DNA of 57,541 nt from Fidelibacterota bacterium (GCA_014381855.1 JACNKV010000075.1:1-57541), one strand, 5' to 3'; counted from the stretch's first letter, positions 43,341-54,807 are shown. Program-made: numbers and translations. The notes: generated by a model not told the origin, from the sequence alone.

Positions 43341-45137
43341 TCACAGTTCTACAATGAGTGTAATGTTTTCTTCACCACGCTGAACGGTAACGGTAATCCG
43401 TTGCCCGGGTTTAAAATCTGCCAGCCGATGCATATATTCATAAATTCCGTTAACGGATTTACCATCCATGGCGATGATGACATCTCCCTTCTTCATCCCT
43501 GCAAAATCAGCCGGGCGGTTTGGGACGACACCGTCAACGCGCAATCCATTAGCTTCGGTTGATGCAACATCGGGCATAATTCCAAGTGTGACTTTGAACC
43601 TGCGGCGACCGGAAGGACGTGATTTTGGTCCGGCTTCTGTGTACACCAATTTATCATCCTGATTGGCGAACCCCACCAACACGTCGCTGACAAAATCGGC
43701 AACTGATTTTTCCCCCTCAAAATTGATCTTCTCTGTGTCGTCTGCCGGTGTATGGTAATCTTCATGGACGCCGGTGAAGAAGAACAGCACAGGAATATCC
43801 TCGATATAAAAACTAGCATGGTCGGACGGCCCCATTCCGCCGGGAGATGTTTTTGCAACAATGTCATGTCCTTGAGCTAATGCGGTGATTTTGTCACTTA
43901 ATCCATTTGCTGTTCCTGTTCCGCCGATTGTTAACGCCTTTGTCTCCTGATTCAACCTGCCAACCATATCAAGATTGAGCATTAGGTGTATATCGTTCAA
44001 ATCAATGAGCGGATTTTTGGTAAAATACTTCGATCCAATCAGCCCCATTTCTTCTGCTCCAAACGACATAAAAAGCACACTGCGCTTAAGCGGTTGATTG
44101 CGCTGAGCAATCTTTTCGATGATCTCAAGAATGGCCGCTACGCCGGACGCATTATCATCTGCGCCGTTGTGCACAGCGACCGTATCGGGCTTACGGGAAC
44201 CGGAATGCGGTCCGCCAAAGCCAAGATGGTCATAGTGGGCTCCTAAAATGATTATCTCATTTTTCAGGATTGGATCAGCCCCTGGGAGCATCCCAATCAC
44301 ATTTTGAGTGGTTACTTCTTTCTTTTTCACTGACGTACAAATCGCAATCTTTTCGCTAAGTAAAAAACTATACGGTTTTTGTGTTTCGCTTAATGTTTTT
44401 TCAAGTTCAGCAATATTTTTCCCGGATGATTTTAGTATTTTATCCGCTACAGGGCGTTTTATTTGAACGATTGATAATCCGGCATCCGCTTGGCCGGGAT
44501 TGTGTATTAACGGTATCAATTCATCTTCCATGTCAAAATTTTCGCCGGAGATGAATAAGACCCCTCCCGCTCCATTGTCTTTGGCAACCATAACTTTTTT
44601 CAGGAGTGAATTGTGTTGATCGAACGCTTCATCTTCACCCGGCTCCCCGCGTAAAATTATTACCCATTTGTCGGTCACATCGATATCAGCATAGCTTTCC
44701 CAAGTGATACTGTCCGTTGTAAAATCAAATCCATATCCCGCAAACGCTATTTCGGCAGAGAGTGAACTGTTCGATGAAAATGCCAACGGCACATAATCTT
44801 CATTCAATCGGAATGTTTCATTTGAAAAGACAATACTGTTATTTTCACCCTGGCTAATGGATGTTACTACTTCAAAATACTGGAAGCCATCATCCCCCAT
44901 CGGGAGCAACCCTAATTGAGCTAATTCTTCCGCTATATATTCTGCGGCAATTTTGCCTTCTTTCGTACCGGGTTTGCGTCCTTTCAGAGAATCAGATGCG
45001 AGGAAAGCAATATGGTCATACAGTTCCGGGACTGTGATTGCAGTTGTATCCTCTGTCCGGTGATTTATTGGTAAGTAGCATCCGCTGAAAATCACGGCTG
45101 CTAAGATTATTTGGATTGGTTTCTTTAGGATAATCAT
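43341..45137 (-). CDS. M28 family aminopeptidase with PA domain and C-terminal PDZ domain
   Basis: 598 aa. Zn-ligand motifs 'HYDHLG', 'GADDNASG' and 'FGAEEMGLIGS'. C-terminal 'GMKKGDVIIAMDGKSV' is PDZ-like. Confidence 0.85.
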   Translation of the reverse strand: MIILKKPIQIILAAVIFSGCYLPINHRTEDTTAITVPELYDHIAFLASDSLKGRKPGTKEGKIAAEYIAEELAQLGLLPMGDDGFQYFEVVTSISQGENNSIVFSNETFRLNEDYVPLAFSSNSSLSAEIAFAGYGFDFTTDSITWESYADIDVTDKWVIILRGEPGEDEAFDQHNSLLKKVMVAKDNGAGGVLFISGENFDMEDELIPLIHNPGQADAGLSIVQIKRPVADKILKSSGKNIAELEKTLSETQKPYSFLLSEKIAICTSVKKKEVTTQNVIGMLPGADPILKNEIIILGAHYDHLGFGGPHSGSRKPDTVAVHNGADDNASGVAAILEIIEKIAQRNQPLKRSVLFMSFGAEEMGLIGSKYFTKNPLIDLNDIHLMLNLDMVGRLNQETKALTIGGTGTANGLSDKITALAQGHDIVAKTSPGGMGPSDHASFYIEDIPVLFFFTGVHEDYHTPADDTEKINFEGEKSVADFVSDVLVGFANQDDKLVYTEAGPKSRPSGRRRFKVTLGIMPDVASTEANGLRVDGVVPNRPADFAGMKKGDVIIAMDGKSVNGIYEYMHRLADFKPGQRITVTVQRGEENITLIVEL

Positions 45138-45336
45138 TGCTTGTGTTTCTTGGTTTAGGCAGAGAATTTACATTGTTTTATATACTTGGTTACGAATGAT
45201 TATCAGATTTGATATGTGCGAGTAGGTGTATGAATTCGGGTTTAAAAACTGTTTTCTGACTGCACCACCCTTGTCAGCATCTGAATTGACACAACCAGTC
45301 CGTTCCATAGCCATACCACGGTTTTGATCTAGGAAG

Positions 45337-45708
45337 TTAATTCGGCAGGTTTTTAAATTCGGGGGAGCGCATAATATCACTGAATTTCTCAAAATCGGTA
45401 TCGCCCTGAGACATCTGTAATTCTCCATTCAATTGTGTCACCGTTTGTTCAACCATCAGTCTCAAATCTGTAAATTGCTCGATGTTGAGTTTCATATAGA
45501 TTGAATCTGCCACCAATGCCAGAACCACTCTCCCGCCATACCCTTTCTTTTCGATTAGTTTTTCAACGTTCAAGTTAAAGATATATTTTCCCAATTTAAA
45601 AAATTCATTGATATTCATTTTCAAACTGGTTGAGCCCACTTCGATATGGACCTTATTGCACTTTCCACATTGCCGGACCATCCCCGATTTCGTTGATATT
45701 TTTTTCAC
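45337..45708 (-). CDS. hypothetical protein
   Basis: 123-aa ORF divergent from the TetR/fad operon. No recognisable motifs apart from an N-terminal 'CGKC' pair. Confidence 0.35.
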   Translation of the reverse strand: MKKISTKSGMVRQCGKCNKVHIEVGSTSLKMNINEFFKLGKYIFNLNVEKLIEKKGYGGRVVLALVADSIYMKLNIEQFTDLRLMVEQTVTQLNGELQMSQGDTDFEKFSDIMRSPEFKNLPN

Positions 45709-45879
45709 GATGAAGTCTCCCTCGTATCCATTACGTGTTACTTATATTTGTTATTGCGTCCCATTCCCAATAAAGAAATTACGACTTAATCAATCCTATA
45801 TCAAACTTTCTTTTCTTTTTTCTTGTACACATATTATCTTTCTTCGTAAACTAGACCGACCAGTCGGTTTAGTTTACGT

Positions 45880-46479
45880 ATGAATCAGGATAAACAACAG
45901 AAACGAAAAGCGCAAATTCTGGATGCTGCCTTGCGTGTCCTTGTACAAAAAGGATATGACAGTAGCCGCATCGATGATATCGTCAAAGAATCCGGGATGA
46001 GTAAAGGCGCTATCTATTGGTATTATAAATCCAAAAAAGAAGTCTATCTTGCTCTTGTCGATCACTGGGTGCATCGGTACAGTGTCACCTTAAATCACAT
46101 TGTCGAGGAAAAACGCCCTGCTGCTGACGAGTTAAAGGACCTCTTTAACTTTTTTATCGCACAGTATGAATCTGACACAGTTGTATTTAAAGCGTTACTT
46201 GAATTCTGGTCATTAGCCGGACGAGACGAAGATTTTCATCAAAAACTTCAGTTAGTTTATTCGGATTTTCTTTATCTTATCCAAAAAATTCTAGAACTTG
46301 GGAAAAAATCAGGCGAGTTCAAAGATATTGACATCACAGCAACCGCTCTGTCCATCATGATTAATATTGAGGGGATGATTTGGTTTACACTGTTCGATGT
46401 TAATGATCTCACTCCCCGGCGATACATCCAAACCATTACCGACTTTATTTTAGCTGGATTACAAAAAAAATCACATTAA
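45880..46479 (+). CDS. TetR family regulator (probable fatty-acid degradation repressor)
   Basis: HTH 'LVQKGYDSSRIDDIVKESGMSKGAIYWYYKSKKEVY'. First gene of the beta-oxidation string. Confidence 0.85.
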   Translation: MNQDKQQKRKAQILDAALRVLVQKGYDSSRIDDIVKESGMSKGAIYWYYKSKKEVYLALVDHWVHRYSVTLNHIVEEKRPAADELKDLFNFFIAQYESDTVVFKALLEFWSLAGRDEDFHQKLQLVYSDFLYLIQKILELGKKSGEFKDIDITATALSIMINIEGMIWFTLFDVNDLTPRRYIQTITDFILAGLQKKSH

Positions 46480-46491
46480 CAAGGGATCAAT

Positions 46492-48273
46492 ATGAGCAAT
46501 GAAACACACGTTCAAACCGGTGGGCAATTTCTAATCACCCCTATTTCAGAAGCCAAGGTGTTTTCAAGAGAACAATTCTCCGAAGAACACCAAGATATCG
46601 AAATGATGGTAAAAGAATTTGCCACGGATCGTATCCTCGCAAACAAGGAAGATTTGGAAAAATTAGATAAAGACCTCAGTCTCCAACTTATGAAAGAACT
46701 GGGCGAATTGGGCCTGGTCGGGTTAGATGTTCCGGAAAAATATGGTGGAATGGAAATGGATAAAATCACATCCGCCATTGTGGCTGAAGCATTATCCACC
46801 GGTTTCTGTGCCTCTTTTACGGCGACCTATTCCGCCAATACCGGAATCGGGACACTGCCGATTGTCTGGTTTGGCACAGAAGAACAGAAAGCCAAATATC
46901 TCCCAAAACTTGTTTCCGGGGAATGGCTGGGTGCTTACGGACTTACCGAGCCCTCCGCAGGATCTGACGCACTTTCCGGGAAAACAAAAGCTATATTATC
47001 CGAAGATGGAAAACACTACATCCTAAATGGCGAAAAAATATTTATCACCAATGGATCTTGGGCTGAGGTCTTCACCGTTTTTGCCCAGGTGGACGGAACC
47101 AAATTCACCGCATTTATCGTCGAAAGGGGCACCCCGGGATTTGAGATAGGTCCTGAAGAAAAAAAGATGGGGATGAAAGGATCTTCTACGACTTCCCTGA
47201 CGTTCACCGACTGTAAAGTCCCGGTAGAAAATGTTCTCTATAAAGTCGGTAAAGGAGCGAAAATCGCGTTCAATGCTCTAAATTTGGGGCGGTTTAAACT
47301 TGCTGCTGCTGACCTTGGCGGATGTAAAGAGGTCATCATCACTGCTGTACAATATGCCCTAGAACGACGTCAGTTTGGACAACCCATCGCTCACTTTGAT
47401 GCTATCCGTGGAAAAATAGCGGATATGATTGTGCGAACTTATGCCGCCGATACCATGATATACCGCACAATTGGGATGGTTCAGGATGAAATCAATACTT
47501 TGGACAAGTCCGATCCCGAGTACCATATTCACGTCGGGGAAGCCATGGAAAAATTTGCCATCGAACTCTCCATGACAAAAGTCTTTGGCAGTGAATCCTT
47601 TTTTATCTGTACGGATACCGGAATACAAGTCCTTGGCGGATATGGTTTTATCGAAGAATACCACATCGCCGGAGCATTTCGAGACACACGCATCGATAGG
47701 ATTTGGGAAGGCACAAACGAAATCAACCGGCAAATCATTGCAGGGTACATGATGAAAAAAACACTACTCGAAGAATTGGGAGTGCGAGACGCAACACTGA
47801 ATGTTGATGAATTCCTTGCAACTCCTCCCCAGCAAAACGATCATCACTTAGCCCATGAGGCTGATGCGATTGAAACCGGGAAGCGGTTGGCGCTTTACCT
47901 CTTCCATGAAGCCCTGTGTGAGTTTGGTCAGGATCTAAAACATGAACAGCAATTAACTGAAATCCTTGCAGATATCTTTACCGATCTTTACACTGCCGAA
48001 AGTGTGGTTGTTCGCGCACAACAAGCATCAAAATCCGGTATCAGCGAAAAAACTATCGAAAATATTGCCAAAGTGTACACTGCGGAAATGATTATCCGGC
48101 TTCTCAATAAGGCCTTAACCGGATTAAACGGAATTTACAAAGGTCATTTGTCAGAAAACATAATCGATCATCTACGAAAATTCCAGGCAAGAATGTTGCT
48201 CAAAACCGATATCATCGGGTTAAAACGGGATATCGCAGAACACGCCTATTTAAGAAAAACATACTCATACTAG
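46492..48273 (+). CDS. fadE: long acyl-CoA dehydrogenase
   Basis: 593 aa. 'YGLTEPSAGSD', 'GGYGFIEEY' and 'RIWEGTNEI' ACAD motifs plus a C-terminal extension. Confidence 0.88.
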   Translation: MSNETHVQTGGQFLITPISEAKVFSREQFSEEHQDIEMMVKEFATDRILANKEDLEKLDKDLSLQLMKELGELGLVGLDVPEKYGGMEMDKITSAIVAEALSTGFCASFTATYSANTGIGTLPIVWFGTEEQKAKYLPKLVSGEWLGAYGLTEPSAGSDALSGKTKAILSEDGKHYILNGEKIFITNGSWAEVFTVFAQVDGTKFTAFIVERGTPGFEIGPEEKKMGMKGSSTTSLTFTDCKVPVENVLYKVGKGAKIAFNALNLGRFKLAAADLGGCKEVIITAVQYALERRQFGQPIAHFDAIRGKIADMIVRTYAADTMIYRTIGMVQDEINTLDKSDPEYHIHVGEAMEKFAIELSMTKVFGSESFFICTDTGIQVLGGYGFIEEYHIAGAFRDTRIDRIWEGTNEINRQIIAGYMMKKTLLEELGVRDATLNVDEFLATPPQQNDHHLAHEADAIETGKRLALYLFHEALCEFGQDLKHEQQLTEILADIFTDLYTAESVVVRAQQASKSGISEKTIENIAKVYTAEMIIRLLNKALTGLNGIYKGHLSENIIDHLRKFQARMLLKTDIIGLKRDIAEHAYLRKTYSY

Positions 48274-48282
48274 GAGAATCTC

Positions 48283-49416
48283 ATGAATAAATCACTCATC
48301 ATTGATGCAGTCCGTTCCCCCATCGGAATTAAAAATGGGAAACTTGTCGGAATCCGTGCGGATGACCTTACCGCTCAAGTGGTCAAAGGTCTCCTCAAAA
48401 GAAACCCTAATCTCGATCCGGAAATGGTCGAAGACGTTGTCGTCGGATGTGCCTTCCCCGAAGGTCCACAGGGGATGATTATCGGTCGATCCGTTGCCAT
48501 ATTGTCCGGGCTTCCGAAAGAAGTCCCCGGGAAAGTCGTAAACCGTTTTTGCGGCTCCAGCATGGATGCCCTCCACCAACTTTCTACTGCCATCGAAGTC
48601 GGCGATATTGATGTCGGAATTGCGGCAGGTGTCGAAGATATGTTTTCCGTTCCTATGGGCGGATTTGCCCCCGATTTTCATCCTGAATTAGCCGAGCAGG
48701 AGTATTACATCGGGATGGGTGAAACCGCCGAAATTCTTGCCGAGGATGGAAACATCAGTAGGGAAGATCAGGATACATTTGCTATCGAGTCTCACCAAAA
48801 AGCATTGAAAGCAACCACTGAAGGTAAATTTGATAACGAGCTGATTCCCATCGATGTTTACGGTGAGCATACCGTGGATAAAGATGAAGGTCCGCGTGAA
48901 CCGGATGTGGAAAAAATTAAAAGCCTGAACCCTGCATTTACTCAGGACGGGACGGTCACGCCTGCCTCCAGCAGCCCAATTTCTATCGGGGCAGCTGCCA
49001 TCCTGATGGTGAGTGACAGCTTCGCCGAAAAGCATGGATTAAAACCACGTGCCGAAATTGTCTCCCGTGCCGTTGCCGGCGTAGACTGGACTCGTATGGG
49101 AATGGGGCCGATCCCTGCCACAGAAAAAGCATTGAAGAAAGCCGGCCTTACCATGGATGATATCGATATCTTTGAACTCAATGAAGCATTTGCAGCTCAA
49201 TCACTTTACGTGATTCGCGAAGGGGGTTTTCCTACCGATAAAATCAATTTGAACGGTGGTGCGATCGCATTGGGACATCCGCTGGGATGTTCGGGCGCTA
49301 GAATTCTGACCACACTCCTCAATGTGATGGAACAGAAAAACGCCGGATTGGGACTGGCCACAATGTGTATCGGCAGCGGACAGGGAATTGCAACCATTAT
49401 TAAACGTACAGCCTAA
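48283..49416 (+). CDS. fadA: acetyl-CoA C-acyltransferase (thiolase I)
   Basis: 377 aa. Active-site '[10 protein letters not shown]', '[19 protein letters not shown]' and 'CIGSGQG'. Confidence 0.9.
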   Translation: MNKSLIIDAVRSPIGIKNGKLVGIRADDLTAQVVKGLLKRNPNLDPEMVEDVVVGCAFPEGPQGMIIGRSVAILSGLPKEVPGKVVNRFCGSSMDALHQLSTAIEVGDIDVGIAAGVEDMFSVPMGGFAPDFHPELAEQEYYIGMGETAEILAEDGNISREDQDTFAIESHQKALKATTEGKFDNELIPIDVYGEHTVDKDEGPREPDVEKIKSLNPAFTQDGTVTPASSSPISIGAAAILMVSDSFAEKHGLKPRAEIVSRAVAGVDWTRMGMGPIPATEKALKKAGLTMDDIDIFELNEAFAAQSLYVIREGGFPTDKINLNGGAIALGHPLGCSGARILTTLLNVMEQKNAGLGLATMCIGSGQGIATIIKRTA

Positions 49417-49433
49417 AACCGGGAGAAACCATC

Positions 49434-51785
49434 ATGACACAAAAAATTGAAAAAGTTGCCATCCTTGGTGCAGGCGTGATGGGCGCACAACTTGCCGGAC
49501 ATTTGGCTAATGCCGGTATCCCTTCGCTCTTGTTTGACATTTCTCAAGAGTTAGCAGAAAATGGAGTGAAATCTTTGACCTCCCTAAAACCTGCTCCCTT
49601 ATTTAAACCAAAAAATGCGTCGTTAGTTACTCCATGTAATTACGATGAGCACATCGAAAAACTCCAGGAAGTAGATTGGGTTCTGGAAGCGGTGGCAGAA
49701 CGATTGGACATTAAACATACGGTGTACCGAAACATGACCCCTCATTTGAGGCCATCAGTCATTATTACCTCCAATACATCCGGTATCCCACTGTCTGATT
49801 TGACTTCCGTCCTTCCGGAATCCTTTAAGAAACGCTTCATGATTACTCACTTCTTCAATCCGCCACGCTATATGCATCTTTTGGAACTTGTCCGTGGACA
49901 GGATACCGCCGATGACGTATACGATACGATGGTTGATTTTGGTGAAAAGGTGCTAGGGAAAGGGATCGTCCACGCCAAGGATACACCAAATTTTATCGCA
50001 AATCGTATTGGTGTCTTTGGAATGATGGCAACCATCCGCACCGCTCAGAATATGGGGCTGACTGTCGAAGAAGTAGATAAACTCACAGGGACCGTCGTTG
50101 GACGGGCAAAGAGTGCTACTTTTCGCACTGCCGATATTGTTGGGCTGGATACGTTGGCGCATGTGGCGCAAACCGGTTACGACCGAGGCGAAAACGATGA
50201 AGCCAGGGAGATGTTTCAGATTCCCGATATCCTCTCCTTGTTAATCAAAGACGGTCGGCTGGGGCAAAAATCTAAAGCAGGATTTTACCAGAAAACCAAG
50301 GATAAAAAAATCCTGTCTGTAAACCTTGAAACGGGTGAATATCAAGAACAAAAAAGAGTTCGGTTTGATGGTTTTCGTCTTGCAAAAGATCGTCAGCAAA
50401 CCGGTGATAAAATTGCTGCAATGGCATGGAGTGAAGACAAAGCCGGAAAATTTTTCTGGGAAGTTTTGTCCCAAACTCTCATCTACTCCGCCAATCGTGT
50501 CCCTGAAATTAGCGACGATATTATCAATGTAGACAATGCAATGAAGTGGGGGTTTGGTTGGGAACTGGGTCCTTTTGAAATCTGGGATGCTATCGGAGTT
50601 GAACGCTCGATAAACCGGATGCTGGACGAAGGGAAAAAAGTCCCACAATCTATTTTAGATATGTTAAAATCAGGACAGACTTCATTCTACGGTGTTGATG
50701 GTGAAAACCGAACGTATTTTGATTTCCTCTCCAAATCAACAACTACTGAACCTTCCCACGAGAAAAACATCAATTTGACGCTTCGTAAGTCTGCCGGGAA
50801 TCTAGTCAAACGTAGCTGGAGTGCCAGTCTTATTGATTTGGGAGACGGAATTTTGAACGTTGAGTTTCATTCGATCCTGCAGCCGACACTTAACCCAATT
50901 GACGGATCCGTACTTGATATCATTAGCGAGGGTTTGGACAGATTGGATTCCGGTCAATACCAAGCCATGGTGATGAGTCATAATGGTATGCATTTCAGTG
51001 CCGGAGCCAATATTGCCGGAATCTTATCCATGTGTGAGGCGGGACAGTGGGAAAAATTGGAAACCACCATTAGGGTATTTCAAGATCTCACCCAAAGGAT
51101 TCGCTTCTCCAAATCCCCTGTAGTCGCTGCCCCATTCAATCTCTGCCTTGGAGGTGGGTTTGAATTTATCGGACCCGCAGCTCACCGGGTTGCTTCTGCT
51201 GAACTCTACATTGGTGCAGTTGAAGTTGGCATTGGTGTTATTCCGGGGGCAGGGGGAAATCTCAGACTTTTGCTAAATCTTATGGAAAACAGTGGGAAGA
51301 CAGGAATGATTAACGTCTTTCCTATTGTACAAAAAGCTTTTGAAACTATCGGATTTGCTAAGGTTGCTACCAGTGCAGATGAAGCTAAATTCGTGGGTTA
51401 CCTTTTAAAAACAGATACGGTCGTCATGAATAATGACCATCGCATATGGACGGCAAAACAAAAAGCTATCGAAATCGCAGAGGGTTACACACCGCCAACA
51501 TATCGAGATGACTTGAAACTCCCAGGCACAGGCGGACGTTTAGCAATGACGGCCGCACTGAAAGGATTTAAGGCAAAGGGTGTAATTTCCGATCATGACG
51601 AAAAAATTGGCGGAAAACTAGCCTACGTGCTGACAGGCGGTGAAAAAGCCGGGCTCACGAAAAAAGTGGACGAGCAATATCTTCTGGACATTGAACGGGA
51701 AGCTTTCCTTTCTCTGGCGGCCGAACCTCTATCGCAAGACAGAATACGCTTTATGCTGAAGAAAGGAAAACCGCTCCGAAATTAA
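49434..51785 (+). CDS. fadN: bifunctional 3-hydroxyacyl-CoA dehydrogenase / enoyl-CoA hydratase (FadN-type order)
   Basis: 783 aa. N-terminal Rossmann 'VAILGAGVMGAQLA' and 'HFFNPPRYM'. C-terminal crotonase-fold region. Confidence 0.85.
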   Translation: MTQKIEKVAILGAGVMGAQLAGHLANAGIPSLLFDISQELAENGVKSLTSLKPAPLFKPKNASLVTPCNYDEHIEKLQEVDWVLEAVAERLDIKHTVYRNMTPHLRPSVIITSNTSGIPLSDLTSVLPESFKKRFMITHFFNPPRYMHLLELVRGQDTADDVYDTMVDFGEKVLGKGIVHAKDTPNFIANRIGVFGMMATIRTAQNMGLTVEEVDKLTGTVVGRAKSATFRTADIVGLDTLAHVAQTGYDRGENDEAREMFQIPDILSLLIKDGRLGQKSKAGFYQKTKDKKILSVNLETGEYQEQKRVRFDGFRLAKDRQQTGDKIAAMAWSEDKAGKFFWEVLSQTLIYSANRVPEISDDIINVDNAMKWGFGWELGPFEIWDAIGVERSINRMLDEGKKVPQSILDMLKSGQTSFYGVDGENRTYFDFLSKSTTTEPSHEKNINLTLRKSAGNLVKRSWSASLIDLGDGILNVEFHSILQPTLNPIDGSVLDIISEGLDRLDSGQYQAMVMSHNGMHFSAGANIAGILSMCEAGQWEKLETTIRVFQDLTQRIRFSKSPVVAAPFNLCLGGGFEFIGPAAHRVASAELYIGAVEVGIGVIPGAGGNLRLLLNLMENSGKTGMINVFPIVQKAFETIGFAKVATSADEAKFVGYLLKTDTVVMNNDHRIWTAKQKAIEIAEGYTPPTYRDDLKLPGTGGRLAMTAALKGFKAKGVISDHDEKIGGKLAYVLTGGEKAGLTKKVDEQYLLDIEREAFLSLAAEPLSQDRIRFMLKKGKPLRN

Positions 51786-51881
51786 TCATTGGTTTTTCGC
51801 AAGACAGAATGAACGAATTCAGCCTTTGGTTCCTCCTTTTCCAGGGGCTGAATTATTTAAAAACCCTAGAACCGAGATATC

Positions 51882-53579
51882 ATGATGTTACTCAATCCAA
51901 AAACAGAAACCTTTGACCAATTTGATCCGCACACCAAAGAACTGTTATTAAAAACGGTTCGGTGGTTTGAAGCCAAAGGAAAACAAAAAATCAAAGACGA
52001 TGACCACGAACGCGTGTGGTACGCCGACTTCTTGGATTTTGTCAAACAGGAAAAACTGTTTGCGACGTTTCTCACTCACGGCGATTACGGAAATGAAAAC
52101 TCCCGATGGGACACATATCGCAATGTCGCCCTGAATGAGATTTTCGGATTTTACGGTCTGGCCTATTGGTACACGTGGCAGGTCACCGTCCTTGGACTGG
52201 GACCAATTTGGATAAGCAAAAATGATTATGTAAAAAACCAAACTGCTCATCTGCTGGATAAGGGAGAAATTTTCGCTTTCGGGCTTTCTGAAAAAGAACA
52301 TGGTGCGGATATTTACGCATCTGACATGATGCTAAAACCCCAGCCGGACGGTACGTATCTTGCCGAAGGAGACAAATACTATATCGGGAACGGGAATGAA
52401 GCAGCGCTGGTTTCCACGTTCGGGCGAATCGAAAATACGGACGATTATGTGTTTTTTGTTGTAAATCCGAATCACGACAAATATGAATGTGTGCAAAATA
52501 TATGCAACTCCCAAAACTATGTAGCAGAATTTAATCTAAATGACTACCCGATCAGTGAAGGAGATATTTTAGCAAAAGGTCGTGATGCTTGGGATATGTC
52601 CCTTAATACAGTGAACGTTGGTAAATACAATTTGGGCTGGGCATCGATCGGAATGTGCTCCCATGCTTTTTACGAAGCGCTGAATCACGCCGCTCACAGA
52701 AACTTATTCAAGCACACTGTAACCGATTTTACACATATCAAACAGTTGTTCGTCGATGCATATTCACGGTTGACGGCCATGAAGTTGTTTGCGCTACGTG
52801 CCTCCGATTATATGCGTGCTGCTTCTCCAAAAGACCGGCGGTATCTTCTCTACAATCCGACTGTGAAAATGAAAGTGACTATGCAAGGCGAAGAGGTAAT
52901 CAACCTGCTTTGGGATGTCATCGCGGCTAAAGGATTTGAAAAGGATATGTTTTTTGAGATGGCCGCCAGGGATATCCGTGCCCTCCCGAAATTGGAAGGA
53001 ACCATCCATGTAAATATGGCGCTAATCATCAAGTTCATGGCCAATTATTTCTTCCGTCCTAAATCTTTCCCTGAAACACCGCTTAGAGATGAACCGTCCA
53101 ACGACGATTTTCTGTTTAACCAAGGCGCAACCAAAGGTTTGGGAAAGATAAAATTCCATGATTATCGTCTAGCATACAATAGTGTAGATTTACCGAATAT
53201 CCGTATTGTTAAAAAACAGATCGCCACGCTAAAGAAGTTATTGCTCTTTGCGCGACCGAATAAAGAACAAATCAAAGATTTCGATTTTCTGCTAAATTTA
53301 GGTGAATTGTTCACGCTCGTCGTGTACGGACAGCTCATCATCGAAAAATTCATCATGGATGATTTAGACCATGATCTTTTAGATCAAATATTCGATTTTA
53401 TTATTCGAGATTTCTCGAAGTATGCGTTAATCCTCTATTCGAAAACCAGCAGTACAACCTTACAAAAGTTCTTCTGTAAACGGATACTCCGAAAACCAAC
53501 CGTAAATCCTGAACGGTTCAATCGGGTTTTGAATAAACATGTTTATTCGTTGACAGATATGTATGAAATGAAGCTGTAA
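51882..53579 (+). CDS. acyl-CoA dehydrogenase family protein (second, divergent)
   Basis: 565 aa. 'GLSEKEHGADI' and an ACAD-like middle domain. Located in the fad operon context. Confidence 0.7.
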   Translation: MMLLNPKTETFDQFDPHTKELLLKTVRWFEAKGKQKIKDDDHERVWYADFLDFVKQEKLFATFLTHGDYGNENSRWDTYRNVALNEIFGFYGLAYWYTWQVTVLGLGPIWISKNDYVKNQTAHLLDKGEIFAFGLSEKEHGADIYASDMMLKPQPDGTYLAEGDKYYIGNGNEAALVSTFGRIENTDDYVFFVVNPNHDKYECVQNICNSQNYVAEFNLNDYPISEGDILAKGRDAWDMSLNTVNVGKYNLGWASIGMCSHAFYEALNHAAHRNLFKHTVTDFTHIKQLFVDAYSRLTAMKLFALRASDYMRAASPKDRRYLLYNPTVKMKVTMQGEEVINLLWDVIAAKGFEKDMFFEMAARDIRALPKLEGTIHVNMALIIKFMANYFFRPKSFPETPLRDEPSNDDFLFNQGATKGLGKIKFHDYRLAYNSVDLPNIRIVKKQIATLKKLLLFARPNKEQIKDFDFLLNLGELFTLVVYGQLIIEKFIMDDLDHDLLDQIFDFIIRDFSKYALILYSKTSSTTLQKFFCKRILRKPTVNPERFNRVLNKHVYSLTDMYEMKL

Positions 53580-53646
53580 TTTTATTTTTTTGTTTTTCCA
53601 ACGTTCTTTTTTCTCTTTAACTTTTTTATCTTCGAAACGATGATAA

Positions 53647-54804
53647 ATGAATAACTTGCCGATTCAATCACGACCTTCTGTTTATCAGAACTGGATGAAT
53701 GTTCTGAAGGTTTTTGCTGTTTTGTTTATTTTGTACACGTTTTTGGTCAGCATTGGGATGATCGGTTCCGCTTTCAAAGGACTTGGAAAAGGCTTTGCCG
53801 AAACGCTCATCAATAGTTCTGCTGGTCCGCTCATCGGTCTTTTTATCGGAATACTTGCCACCAGCCTGATTCAAAGTTCCAGCACAACCACATCTCTCGT
53901 CGTGGGGATGGTCGCTGCCGGAACGTTCGGAGATGACCCGCGCATTGCAGTCGCCGCCGCCGTTCCGTACATCATGGGGGCAAACATCGGAACCAGCATT
54001 ACAAACACCATCGTTTCTCTTGGGCATATAATCAATAAACAAGAATTCCGAAGGGCATTTTCTGCATCAATTGTCCATGACTTTTTCAATGTAATTGCAG
54101 TTATAATTCTCTTCCCGTTACAGCTTTACACCGGATTTATCAGCAAAACCGCAAACTGGTTGACCGGGTTTTTTATTGGTACGGAAACCATTACATTCCA
54201 TAGTCCCGTAAAAACGATAACCAAACCCGCCGTACACTTCATTTCTGATCTATTTAAACAGCAGGAAATAATCGATGCATATTGGCTTCTGCTCATCGCT
54301 GCACTAATCTTGCTGTTCTTGTCGTTAAAATATTTAACGGTGATGATCCGCAGCCTGGTCATTAGCAAATTAGAGACGTTCTTTGATTCCCACATTTTCA
54401 AAACATGGATTCGTGCCATGCTTTTCGGAGCACTCATCACTGTTCTTGTTCAAAGTAGTTCCATCACAACTTCGTTAGTCGTTCCGTTGGCAGGTGCAGG
54501 GATTTTGAATCTTCGCCAGATTTTCCCATACACACTTGGAGCAAATATCGGTACGACGGTAACTGCCCTCTTAGCAAGCCTTGTTGCCGGCACTCATGCT
54601 CCATTGGCGGTGGCATTTTCACACTTACTTTTCAATATTTTTGGAATTCTTCTAATTTGGCCAATTCCAAAGATACGCCATACACCCGCACGCCTGGCAG
54701 AATGGTTCGCTGAACTGGCAATCCGTAATCGAATTTTCCCAATTCTATACATAATTATTGTTTTCTTCTTAATCCCATTATTCTTAATCTTCATAGTGAG
54801 GTAA
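53647..54804 (+). CDS. Na+/phosphate cotransporter (NptA/PNaS family)
   Basis: 385 aa. Duplicated 'QSSSTTTSLVV' / 'QSSSITTSLVV' repeat motifs are typical of Na/Pi cotransporters. Confidence 0.88.
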   Translation: MNNLPIQSRPSVYQNWMNVLKVFAVLFILYTFLVSIGMIGSAFKGLGKGFAETLINSSAGPLIGLFIGILATSLIQSSSTTTSLVVGMVAAGTFGDDPRIAVAAAVPYIMGANIGTSITNTIVSLGHIINKQEFRRAFSASIVHDFFNVIAVIILFPLQLYTGFISKTANWLTGFFIGTETITFHSPVKTITKPAVHFISDLFKQQEIIDAYWLLLIAALILLFLSLKYLTVMIRSLVISKLETFFDSHIFKTWIRAMLFGALITVLVQSSSITTSLVVPLAGAGILNLRQIFPYTLGANIGTTVTALLASLVAGTHAPLAVAFSHLLFNIFGILLIWPIPKIRHTPARLAEWFAELAIRNRIFPILYIIIVFFLIPLFLIFIVR

Positions 54805-54807
54805 ATC

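Noticed and set aside
45168-45428. 86-aa minus-strand ORF between the peptidase and the 123-aa hypothetical gene.
   Set aside because: It overlaps the 3' end of the 45337-45708 ORF in another frame. It has no recognisable motifs and no start context.
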